Assembly: GCF_006345805.1 (NCBI RefSeq) | Contig: NC_043010.1 | Coordinates: forward strand, 47,058,001 to 47,122,000 | DNA: 64,000 nucleotides | Origin: Octopus sinensis | Taxonomy: Eukaryota | Direction: 5' to 3' | Shown: in pieces, positions 1 through 10,187 of the stretch | Layout: each line of letters opens with the position of its first letter | Numbering within the stretch: position 1 is the first letter of the stretch | Notes under the pieces: generated by a model | Told to the model about the DNA's origin: nothing | Databases searched by the model: none | The model's input: the letters and a program-made list of their open reading frames with translations, nothing else | Program-made: the position numbers and the translations under genes

Positions 1-102
1 TTGTTGCAGTTCTGCAAGAACCGCACTGGTCAATTGGTGTTGTTGTTGTTGCTGCTGTTGTTGTTGATGTTGTTGTTGCTGCTGCTCTGGTTGTGGTTGA
101 TT

Positions 103-134
<32 letters not shown>

Positions 135-297
135 CTGGTTGTGGTTGATTTTGTTGTTGCTGCTGTTGTTGTTGTTGCTGCTGCTGCTGCTCTAGTTGTG
201 GTTGATTTTGTTGATGCTGCTGTTGCTGTTCCGCCTCCTCCACGGGAGTGGCAGGGGGAGACACAATCGTCGGTTGTGGAGGCACGCAGGCCTGACA
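1..297 (-). CDS. Gln-rich exon of an unidentified gene, running off the window (CQACVPPQPTIVSPPATPVEEAEQQQQHQQNQPQLEQ...LTSAVLAELQQ)
   Basis: Acceptor ttggacttttcag ends at 298. The frame is open for 99 codons to the window edge. CAA/CAG variation falls at third positions in the Gln frame. A Thr/Ala frame is also open, so the frame is inferred. Confidence 0.6.
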
Positions 298-546
298 CTG
301 AAAAGTCCAAGATTTAAGCTGAACCATCTTCCAGAGTCTTGCAGTAGATATGAGAGAAACTCTCATACTGGCTTTTTATCTTCCTGCTAGCGATATAAAC
401 AAGAGTGCATTTTGCACAAAATGCTAATATGAGAGTCTCTCTCATGGTATCTACTTCAGTATAGTCTGTTCTAATAGAACATCCACGTTTAAGTGGGGAT
501 ACATATTACCTCTTGGTATTAATATTGCCTCTGTTGCTAATATATA

Positions 547-960
547 TAATAATAATGAAATTATTGTATACAGTGCTCAGGTGCACCACAACTTGTCAAA
601 AGTGCGTATAAAGCATATGCAGTAATGTACAAATGTCTGGAAAGTGAACAGTGTATGAGTCAGATACATGCTTACATGTGTATGGAGGGGAGACAATCAG
701 GTTAGTGTTGGCGAATCTCAGGAAGCATGGAAGTTTTGAAGGATGCAGTGCTCCAACAACTAACAACTGATGCTGGCAGTTTGTTCCATGCTTCAGCAAC
801 ACTTAGCATGAAAAAATGTTTCCGAAAGTCATGGGAGCTGTGCTGTTTTCTGATTTTGTAAGCATGTCCATGGGTGTTAGACAGGTGGAGTTTGAAAAGG
901 TGCTCAGAGTTATTGTTAGTAAGATGGTTAATGATTTTATGGGTGTCTGCCAAGTCAGCT
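547..960 (-). mobile_element. CR1/L2-type LINE 3' fragment (ORF2 C-terminus, 3'UTR and (ATT)n tail)
   Basis: ORF 702-953 reads HKIINH...FRKHFFMLSVAEAWNKLPASVV...SFK, the typical CR1-clade RT C-terminus. It is followed by a UTR and an AAT-repeat tail near 548-556. Confidence 0.75.
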
Positions 961-1606
961 GCCCAAATACAATAAATGAAAGCAATGGAATCATTATCAT
1001 AGGTGCAAGTGTGGTTGCTTTTGAATCACATGGGTTTGGGTTCAGTCCCACTGCATGGCACCTTGGGCAAGTGTCTTCAACCAACCCCAAATCAACCTAA
1101 GCCTTGTGAGTGGATTTGGTTGATGGAAACTGCAACAAGCCTGTCATATGTGTGTGTGTGTGTGTGCATGTTTTTGTGTTTGTCTCTCCACTGTTGCTTG
1201 ACAACCAGTGTTGGATTATTTGCATCATGGCTTAGCGATTTGGCAAAATCAGGCTTAAAAATAAAATAAGGCCTTGGATTCGATTTGTTCAACTTAACCC
1301 TTCGAGGTGTTGCTTCAACATGGCTATAGTCTAAAGTCTGAAATAAATAAAAGATAAAGGCTAAGGATAATACACACACACACATATGTAACATCACAAG
1401 CAGAGTCCTTCATTATAAATTAAGAAAGAGAGCAACTCTTATAGCAACGTTTAGCCATTTCTTTTGCACAATAGCTTTTATTCAGCTCTCACAACAGTAG
1501 CACATTGTTATGACTTGGTTAACAACTAAAACACTAAAAGTTCTTGGTGATCAAATCCTTTGTGGTATTTTGTATACTACTTAAGCTGAGCGGCAAAGTT
1601 TCACAG

Positions 1607-1677
1607 CCACTGCTGCTGCTACTGCCACTACTACTACTACTACTACCACCACCACCACCACCACCACCACCACCACC

Positions 1678-1742
<65 letters not shown>

Positions 1743-1765
1743 CACTACTGCTGCTGCTACTGCTG
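1607..1765. repeat. Compound trinucleotide microsatellite (CTG/CTA/CCA)n
   Basis: Directly visible runs of CTG, CTA and CCA. Confidence 0.95.
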
Positions 1766-1857
1766 TTACAAGAGGTAAAGTATTTGTTGTTGGTTATTTA
1801 AAAAAATTTTGTTTATTGTGTTTCAGGAGAGTGATGAGTGACCCCAATAATACCTAC

Positions 1858-1899
1858 CAGCAGTTCCAGTGCAAGAGTGCTTCTTCTTCTTCTTTGCAT
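1858..1899 (-). CDS. Candidate upstream/first coding exon of the polyQ gene (MQRRRRSTLALELL)
   Basis: ATG at 1899-1897. Donor CTG|GTAGGT at 1858/1857 is phase 0, matching the acceptor at 297. An alternative acceptor at 1969 would extend the exon to 1968. No homology support. Confidence 0.3.
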
Positions 1900-2467
1900 T
1901 GTATGTACCACAGTGTTCTGTTCCCTTCTCAGACAGGAGGGTAGGCGGTGGTGGTGGTGGTGGTGGTGCTGAAATCTTGTAGCTAGAAAATAATGGCAAT
2001 GAACTCTTTCTACAAACAACTGTAATTTCTAGCACAACTACTGCCACTTGTAATAAACTACTGGCAGAAAGATATTTTAGCTTTTACTACAATTTTTTTT
2101 TGTTTAAATATTTTCAAATTTTTGTTTTGCTTCTGTGTGTGTGAGTTTTCAGAAAAGGAAGTATCGTCTGAATTTTACCCTCATCTTCATGATTCTAGTT
2201 TACCTAGTTTACAAAAAAAAAAAAAAACTTCTTTGCTCTTCAGCCGACTCTAACAGCTAGCTGCAGTCACTTAACCACTGATTATTTTTCTCCCCTAATA
2301 ATTTAAACACCTATACAACATCGGTATTTATGCTAGAGAGAGAGAGTGTGTGTGGAGGGGAGAGGGGAAAGAGAGAAGAGAGGGGTAAAAGAGAAAGAGG
2401 GAGTGTGTGTGTCTTACACATACATACATATAGAAAAAAAGTTTACTTAAAGAGAGAGTAGAGTGTA

Positions 2468-2513
<46 letters not shown>

Positions 2514-2525
2514 AACACACAAACA

Positions 2526-2925
2526 CAGGCATGGCTGTGTGCTAAGAAGCTTGCTTCCCAACCACATGGTTCCAGGTTCTGTCCACTGCACAGCACTGTG
2601 GGTAAGTGTCTTCTATAGTCTCTGGTCAACCAAAGTCTTGTGAGTGGATTTGGTAGATGGAAACTGAAAGAAGCCTGTTGTATATATATATATATATATA
2701 TGTAAATATCTATGTGTGTGTGTGTCTTTGTCCCCCAACCACTGCCTGACAATCAATGTTGGTATGTTTATGTCCCTGTTACTTACCGGTTTAACAAAAG
2801 ACACAGAATACGCACTAGGGTTAAAAAAAAGAATAAGTCCTTGGATTGATTTGTTTGACTAGAAACCCTTCAAGGCGGTGCCCCAGCATAACCACAGTCA
2901 AATGACAGAAGCAAGTAAAAGATAA
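2526..2925 (+). mobile_element. tRNA-type SINE, family B
   Basis: Colinear with the copy at 41730-42140: tggctgtgtg..., ggttccaggttc, gtggatttggtagatggaaactgaaagaagc, internal TA/GT microsatellite, cagtcaaatgac...gtaaaag tail. Confidence 0.85.
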
Positions 2926-3172
2926 ATATATGTATATAGGAAAAGAGAGGCATATTTCCACACAAGTAGGAATATAAGAACATTTGTTTGGGGTTGAAAA
3001 TGCACTTGGAGGTTTTGAAACAAATTTTACCTTTTTAAAATTGTTTGAATTTATTAAAAAAACCATACCAGCTTCATCAGTCTTTTGTTTCAGTGGTAAA
3101 TAAAAAAAATAGAAAGTAAAACGAAAATTTTGAACGAAGAAAATGCACAAGAAAATATTTCATAGTGATAAA

Positions 3173-3720
3173 ATCATCATCATCATCATCTAACATCCAT
3201 TTTCCATGCTGGCATGGGTTGGATAACTTGACAAGAACTGGTAAGACCAGGAGCTGCACCAGGTTCCATTGTCTGTTTTGGCTTGGTTTCTATGGCTAGA
3301 TGCCCTTCCTAACACCAACCACTCCACAGAGAGTACTGGGTGCTTTTTATATGGCATCAGCACCAATGCTTTTTACGTGGCACCATCACCCACACTAATG
3401 CTTTTTACACGGAAACCTTGGCTTTAGGATCTCAATTCTGTTGTGGAGGGTAGTTCTTGAGTACAGCAATGTGCCACATATCTCAGTTATCTGTCATCTC
3501 CTTTGTGAGGATCAGTGTTTTGCGATCAGCCTTCAATACTTTGTCCCATATCTTCCTGGATCTCCCTCTTTGACAACTTCCCTCCACTTTAAGTGATCAT
3601 CACTTCTTTATACAACTGTCCTCATCTCTCCACATTACATGACCAAATCAGTGCAGTCTCTTCTCTTCCACGCTACATATAATTCCTTTTATGTCCAACT
3701 TCTCTCTCAATATTCCATGC
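3173..3720 (-). mobile_element. RTE-type LINE 3' end (decayed RT C-terminus, 3'UTR, (ATG)n tail)
   Basis: The reverse strand reads ...EKRLH*FGHVMWRDEDSCIKK**SLKVEGSCQRGRSRKIWDKV, an RTE-like C-terminus. The 3'UTR/tail (catcat-ttaacgtcc...ccatgctggcatggg) recurs many times in the window. Confidence 0.75.
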
Positions 3721-3949
3721 TTAAAAATCAAATGTTCAATAGGCTTCATTGAAAAATTACATTGAAGGATGAAAATTCAAGTGTTAAATAAGTTTCGCAG
3801 CAATATTAGATGTTGAAAGTTCAAATGTGTGATAAATTTCATAGCAAAAATACATAATAGAAATTTGAAAGTTCAATAAATTTCACAGAAATAAATTATG
3901 GCAGCAATTTGACATGATGGAAGATTTTAAAGCATAAGGAAAATTTTTT

Positions 3950-4320
3950 ACAAGCTCTGTTGCATGGTGTGAAGCAGAATTGCTTTTTGCTTGCTTTTCT
4001 CAGTCTCACCACTAATATGAGAGCTCAGCTACACAGCGACAAAATGTCCACAAAGTTTGCACAGGACATTTTGACACTTGGTGAAGGCGATGCCTCTCGA
4101 TGCTGCAGGACAAATGGAAGTGTGGTCATTTTCCTCTGTTGTCAATTCTGTAGATGACCTCAAAAACAAAGTATTTCCCAACTTCACACAAAACTACCAA
4201 AATCACAATTGGCTGTGTGAAAGAGCAATATTAGCTCCAAAAAACGTCGCTGTTAACCAAATTAATTAACAGCTAATGCATTCTCTTCCTGGCACTATAC
4301 ACACTTACAAGTCTGAGAGT
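3950..4320 (+). mobile_element. Helitron Pif1-like helicase remnant
   Basis: LTTNMRAQL...FAQDILTLGEG followed by VFPNFTQNYQNHNWLCERAILAPKNVAVNQIN*QLMHSLPG matches Helitron RepHel helicase motifs. It is frameshifted and contains stops. Confidence 0.85.
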
Positions 4321-4639
4321 AAGTCAAAAACTGAGAGTTTCGTGTATTGGCACTTATCAAACACGACTTTGTCCATTGTCACTCTGTAACTTCAGATGAA
4401 ATAACTTCTAAAGTACAAAATTTTATCCAAAACGTTAAGAGTAAACCCTGTTCTATGTGACACATTCTACCAGTAACGGAAGTTTGAAAGTGTTTAGTTA
4501 AAAAAAAATTAATTAGAAGGACACACACAATATGGTCAAAACATCACATCGAGTCAGAGATCGCTTACATCATTGAATTGTGTCAAAAGGGGGGGGGGGT
4601 ATTGTCTAATTATGGAAAACAACAGCGATTCAAAAGTCT

Positions 4640-7600
4640 TTTGAAAATTTTCCTCAAAAATTTTTGAAAATTTTTCTGAAGAATGTTTGAAAAATTTTTT
4701 TAAAAATTTTCCCCAAAATTAAAAAAAAAATTTTTGGAAAATTTTCCCCAAAAGTTTTCCCAAAAATTTCTGAAAATTGTTCCTAAAAACTTTTGAAAAT
4801 TTTCCCCCAAAATTTGTGAAAATGCCGGGAATTGCCGGAAATTACCAGAGATTGCCGGAAATTTCCTGATATTCCCGGAAATTACGAGAGATTGAGAGAA
4901 ATTGCCTGAGATTGCCGGGAATTACCGGAAATTACTATAGATTGCCGGGAATTACCGGAAGTTACTATAGATTGCCGGAAATTGCCTGAGATCTCCGGAG
5001 TTTGACGGAAATTGCGGAAGATTGACGGAAATTGACGGAAATTACCGGAGACTTCCCTACAAATTTTTGAAAAATTTTTGAAAAATTTTCCCCAAAATTT
5101 TGAAAAATTTTTTGAAAATTTTCTGAAAATGTTCCCCAAAAATTTTTGAAAATTTTCGCGAAAAGTTTTAGAAAAATTTTTTGAAAATTTTCCCCAAAAT
5201 TATAAAAATTTTTTGAAAATTTTCCCCCGAAATTTTTGAAAAAACTTTTCCCCAAAAGTTTTTGGAAAATTTTTTGAAACTTTTTCAAAATTTCTGAAAA
5301 TATTACCCAAAAATTTGTGAAAATGCCGGGAATTGCCGGAAATGGCCTGATATTGCCAGAAATTACCGGAGATTGCCGGAAATTACCGGAGATTTCCCTA
5401 CAAATTTTTCGAAAATTTTCCCCAAAATTTATTAAAAATTTTCTCCAAAAATTTTTGAAAAATTTTTTGAAAATTTTAGAAAAGGTTTTAGAAAATTTTC
5501 CCCCAAAATTTTTGAAAAACTTTTTGAAAATTTTTTCAAAATTTTTGAAACAATGTTTTGAAAATTTTCCCAAAAATTTCTGAAAATTGTTCCTAAAAAC
5601 TTTTTAAAATATTACCCAAAAATTTGTGAAAATGCCAGGAATTGCCGGAAATTACCGGAGATTGCCGGGAATTACCGGATATTTACGGAAATTACTAGAG
5701 ATTGCCGGAAATTGCCTGAGATCTCCGGTGTTTGCTGCAAATTACCGGAGATAAAATTTTGAAAAATTTTTCGAAAATTTTCCGCAAAATATTTGAAAAA
5801 TTTTCTGAAAATATTCTACAAAAATTTTCAAAAATATTTTGAAAATTTTCCCGCAAAATTTCAGAAAAATTTTTTGAAAATTTTCCCCAAAATTAGAAAA
5901 ATCTTTTGAAAATTTTCCCCCAATACTTATGAAAAATCTTTTGAAAATTTTCCCCAAATATTTTTGAAAAAGATTTTGAAAATTTTCCCCAAAATTTTTC
6001 AAACCTTTTCCCCAAAAATTTTTGAAAAGTTGTTTGAAAATTATCCCCCAAACTTTTCAAAATTTATCCCAGAAATTTCTGAAAATTGTTCCTAAAAACT
6101 TTTGAAAATTTTCCCCAAAAATTTGTGAAAATGAGAGTACCGGAGATTGCCGGTAATTACCGGGGTTTGCCGGAAATTGCCGGAAATTACCGGAAATTTC
6201 TGAAAATTTTCCCCAAAACTTTGGAAAAACTTTTTGAAAATTCTCCCCCAAAATTTTTTTAAAATTTCCCCCAAATTTTCCCCAAAATTTCTGAAAATTG
6301 TTCGTTAAACTTTTGAAAATTTTCCTCCAAAATTTGTGGAAGTGCCTGAAATTGCCGGAAATTAGCGGAGACTACCGGAGATTGCCGGGAATTACCGGAT
6401 ATTGTCGGAAATTGCCTAAGGTTGCCGGGTATTACCGGAAATGGCCTGAGATTCCCGAAGATTGAGGGAAATACCTAAAAATTCCAGGAAGTACCGGAGA
6501 TTTCCCTACAAATTTCTCGAAAATTTTTGAAAAATTTTTTGAAAATATTCCGAAAATTTTCCCGAAAAACTTTTTGAAAAATTTTTGAAAATTTTCCTCA
6601 AAAATTTTTGAAAATTTTCACCAAATATTTGAAAAACTTTTTGAAAATTTTCCCCAGAAATTTTGAAAAATTTTTGAAAAACTTTTTCGAAAATTTTCCC
6701 CAAAATATTTGACAAATTTTTTGAAAAGTTTTTGAAAATTTTCCCCAAATGGTTTTGAAAAATTTTTTGGAAATTTTCACCAAATATTTGAAAAACTTTT
6801 TGAAAATTTTCCCCAGAAATCTTTCAGAAATTTTGAAAAATTTTTTGAAAACTTTTCTGAAAAATTTTTGGAAAACTTTTTCGAAAATTTTCCCCAAAAT
6901 TTTTGACAAATTTTTTGAAAAGTTTTCGAAAATTTTCTCCAGAAATTTTTGATAAATTTTTTGATAATTTTTCCAAATAATTTTTGAAAAATTTTTTGAA
7001 AATTTTCCCCAAAAATTTTTGAAAAAGTGTTTAATTTTCACCAATATTTAAAAACTTTTTGAAAATTTTCCCCAAAAATTTTGAAAAATTTTTTGAAAAT
7101 TTTCACCAAAACTTTTCGAAAATTTTCCCCAAAAATTTTTGAAAATATTCCCCCAAAATTTTCACCAATATTTTTGAAAAACTTTCTCCAAAAATCTTTT
7201 GAAAATTTTCCCTAAAAATCTTTAAAAATTTTGAATAATTTTTTGAGAATTTATTTCAAAAATTTTTGAAAAATTATTTTAAAATTTTCCCAAAAAGTTT
7301 TCGCAAATTTTTTGAAAATTTACTCCAAAAATTTCTGAAAAATTTTTTGAAAATTCTCCCCAAAACTTTTCGAAAAATTTTTTGAAAATTTTCACCAAAA
7401 TTTTATAAAAACTTTTCAAAAATTTTTCGAAAAGTTAAAAAAAAGTTTTTGAATATTTCCCTCAAAAATTTTTGAAAAATTTTTTGAAAATTTTCACCAA
7501 AATTTTATAATAACTTTTCAAAAATTTTTCAAAAAGTTTTAAAAAATTTTTTGAAAAATTTTTCGAAAATTTTTGATAAAAGTTTTTGAAAATTTTCCCC

Positions 7601-7645
7601 AAGTTTTGAAAAATTATTTGAAAATTTTCCCCCAAAATTTTGTTT
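4640..7645. repeat. Composite satellite: AT-rich GAAAATTTTCCCCAAAATTTTT blocks alternating with 10-bp GARATTRCCG blocks
   Basis: Five GC-richer 10-bp blocks (about 4822-5052, 5322-5393, 5632-5752, 6138-6197, 6343-6503) separated by A/T-tract blocks, with recurring junction motifs. Confidence 0.95.
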
Positions 7646-7684
7646 GACCGCTAAATCCACAAGTTTTTTATTTTCTCTGTTTAT

Positions 7685-7835
7685 GTCCTCATGTTCCTTT
7701 CTGTTGAAGAGCATAGGCTCAAAACGTAAAAGACTTTCTCACCTTCTGGAGCGTTAAACTAATACACCTGCTTGTTGTTTATACACCTGTCTTCGTCTTT
7801 TGCTTTTCTGTTAATTTCAACTATATATATATGTA
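7685..7835 (+). repeat. About 170-bp dispersed family abutting (TA)n (other copies near 11745-11900, 34085-34285, 34690-34901, 45250-45410)
   Basis: Shared tcctttctgttgaagagcgtaggctcgaaacgtaaaagacttt...atacacctgtcttcgtctttt...ctatatata in all five copies. Confidence 0.85.
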
Positions 7836-7859
7836 TGTATGTATTTATATAGCAGCGCG

Positions 7860-8400
7860 TCAGTGCTACCTCAAATCAACAACCAACTAAGCCAGATGTA
7901 TTCTTCAAGACACTGGGAGATGCCCTCTTTGCAGACCCATCAGGGGGACAATGTTCAGCAGAGATGGGACTCTCTCAGGGACATCATCCATAGAACTGTG
8001 CTGAGAGCCTTTGTTAGTAGAAGGAAAATGACGAAAGTTCTTCATCCAGATCATTTAGTCAGTCTCTCCAGAAAGAAAACTCCGATGTAACATGTGCAAT
8101 TTTGTTTGCATCCAATGATTTAGACAACTCTTTAGTTTTAGGTAATTGCATACATTATTTAGAGAACTAGATCGACCTTGTACGAGGCCTTTCCTTATTA
8201 CAAAATGTTTCAGGTACACGAATCATTTGATTATTTAATATCTCTATTAACGTCTCCGTTATGAGTTGCATCATATGACTGGCTATAACCGAAAAAGAAA
8301 AAAATACTCAACGAAAAATTCCATGATGGAATGAAAGCATGCGTCAATGGGTGATATGTTCTCTGAACAGCTGCTTCAAGAGGCATCCATCATTGCCACA
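7860..8400 (+). mobile_element. Decayed RTE-type LINE ORF2 internal fragments
   Basis: QRWDSLRDIIHRTVLRAF resembles the EN-RT linker. FHDGMKACV near 8320-8345 resembles the RTE RT motif FHDGMxAxV. Confidence 0.5.
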
Positions 8401-9538
8401 TCTATGCATAAAATGATCTCGAGCGGTAATGGAAAGCTATAACCATTCTGTTTATGCTTAAACAATGGCATTGATCAAAATTAAGTTGCAGTCATCAAGT
8501 ATGTACATATGTACATTCCTGATGACTGTTTCTTTCTTTGTATGCATGTATGTATATTACACACACACACACACACAAAGACACTCGTAGCAGTAACACC
8601 TAGTATCGCTGGGGTTTATATTATAAAAAAGGATCAGAAACAGTTACAAAACCTGAGGCCATATCCTTAAAGTGATTTGTCCTTACGCATATTTGATGTA
8701 CAAAGGTCTAAAACTGTAGCCTACAATTTCAAGCATCGATACATACATACATAATACATGCATACATACATGCATGCATATATACATACATACAACAGAA
8801 ATGCATTATTTCTTGCCAATAACAACATAATTATCCAGATCCTTTGATTATTTTCTTTCTTCTATTTGGAAAGAGACATCTTTTCCGAAATTTTAAGATC
8901 ATTAAACATCCTGTGTGAGTAAGAGAATATCTTTCCTCGTTGTTTTTCCTTATTGACATCAACTTATATTGTTTGTCTAAATTTATTTATTTTAAATCGT
9001 TCATCTTTCTCTCTCCCCTCTCTCTCTCACACACATTACTTTGGGTGCGAAAGAGTTTTGTTTTTATTTTACGCCGAGTAAAAAAGTGTTTTGTTAACAA
9101 TCCATTTATTTAACAACAAAAAGGTGAGTAGCAATTTGTCAGTGAATTGCACAATATAAATGGGTACAATTTCCACTCCATTTCACGGACCACAAAAAGG
9201 GTTTTGTAGCATATTAGGAGGCCAGAGTAGTTGATTCCACGCAAAAAAAAAAAACGATTATTTTTCTTAGTGAAAATCGTGCGAATGTTAATCTACAAAT
9301 TTAACAACATTTTTCCATTCATTTCTGTTTATGAACATGTATGCATGCACAAAACATGCAATAGGTGTACGTACATGTGTGTTCATGTCTGTTGCCCATA
9401 TATATTTATATTATATTATACTATATATATAAGATATATATATATAATATAACCAATTACAATGCCCAAATTTGACGTTGATATTACTTAGTTTGGTTTG
9501 AAATAAAGAACTTGATTAGCTTAATAATTGTAACTTAA

Positions 9539-9566
9539 TCCTGGGCAAGGCCGGGTTATACTGCTA

Positions 9567-9568
<2 letters not shown>
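9539..9568 (+). mobile_element. Helitron 3' terminus (subterminal hairpin plus CTAG)
   Basis: cctgggcaaggccggg hairpin, then ttatactg, then CTAG (9564-9567) followed by T. This is the canonical Helitron 3' architecture. Confidence 0.65.
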
Positions 9569-9602
<34 letters not shown>

Positions 9603-10001
9603 GTCTTTTATCTGTTTCAGTCATTATACTGTGACCATGCTGGGGCACTCACTTTGAAGAACTTTTTAGCCAAATGAATTGACCCCCAGTACTTATTTTT
9701 CTTTTTTAAGCTTGGTACTTATTCTGTTGGTAGCTTTTTGCCAAACCACTAAGTTATGGGGACATAAATAAGCTGACATCAGTTGTCAAGTAGTAGTGGG
9801 GGACAAACACACACATATATGACAGGCTTTTTTTCAGTTTTTATCTATCAAATTCACTCACAAGCAGGTGCCAAAGTGTGTGATTAGATCACTTTGCAAT
9901 CATATGGTTTCAGGTTCAGTCCCACTGTGCAGCACTTCTACTATAGCCGTGGATCAACCAAAGTCTTGAGGGTGAATTTGGTAGACAGAAACTGAGTGGA
10001 A

Positions 10002-10187
10002 GGCAGCGAGCTGGCAGAAATGTTAGCATGCCGGGCGAAATGCTTAGCAGTATTTCGTCTGCCGCTATGTTTTGAGTTCAAATTCCACCAAGGTTGACTT
10101 TGCCTTTCATCCTTTCAGGGTCGATTAAATAAGTACCAGTTACGCACTGAAGTCGATATAATCGACTTAATCTGTTTGTCCCCTCTA
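10002..10187 (+). mobile_element. tRNA-type SINE, family A
   Basis: ggcagcgagctggcagaa...gagttcaaattcc (B-box-like)...gcctttcatcctttcagggtcgattaaataagtaccag. More than 15 copies in the window. Confidence 0.85.

Noticed and set aside
1-390. Plus-strand poly-Leu/Val/Ala ORFs
   Set aside because: Antisense shadows of the minus-strand CAA/CAG repeat exon.
1530-1770. Ser/Gly-rich reading on the minus strand with a possible acceptor (cttgtaacag)
   Set aside because: The phase does not join the neighbouring candidate exon in a sensible frame and there is no good donor. Best explained as a microsatellite.
4882-7044. F/K/N-rich ORFs of 60-200 aa on both strands
   Set aside because: Translations of the satellite, with no splice context or domain.
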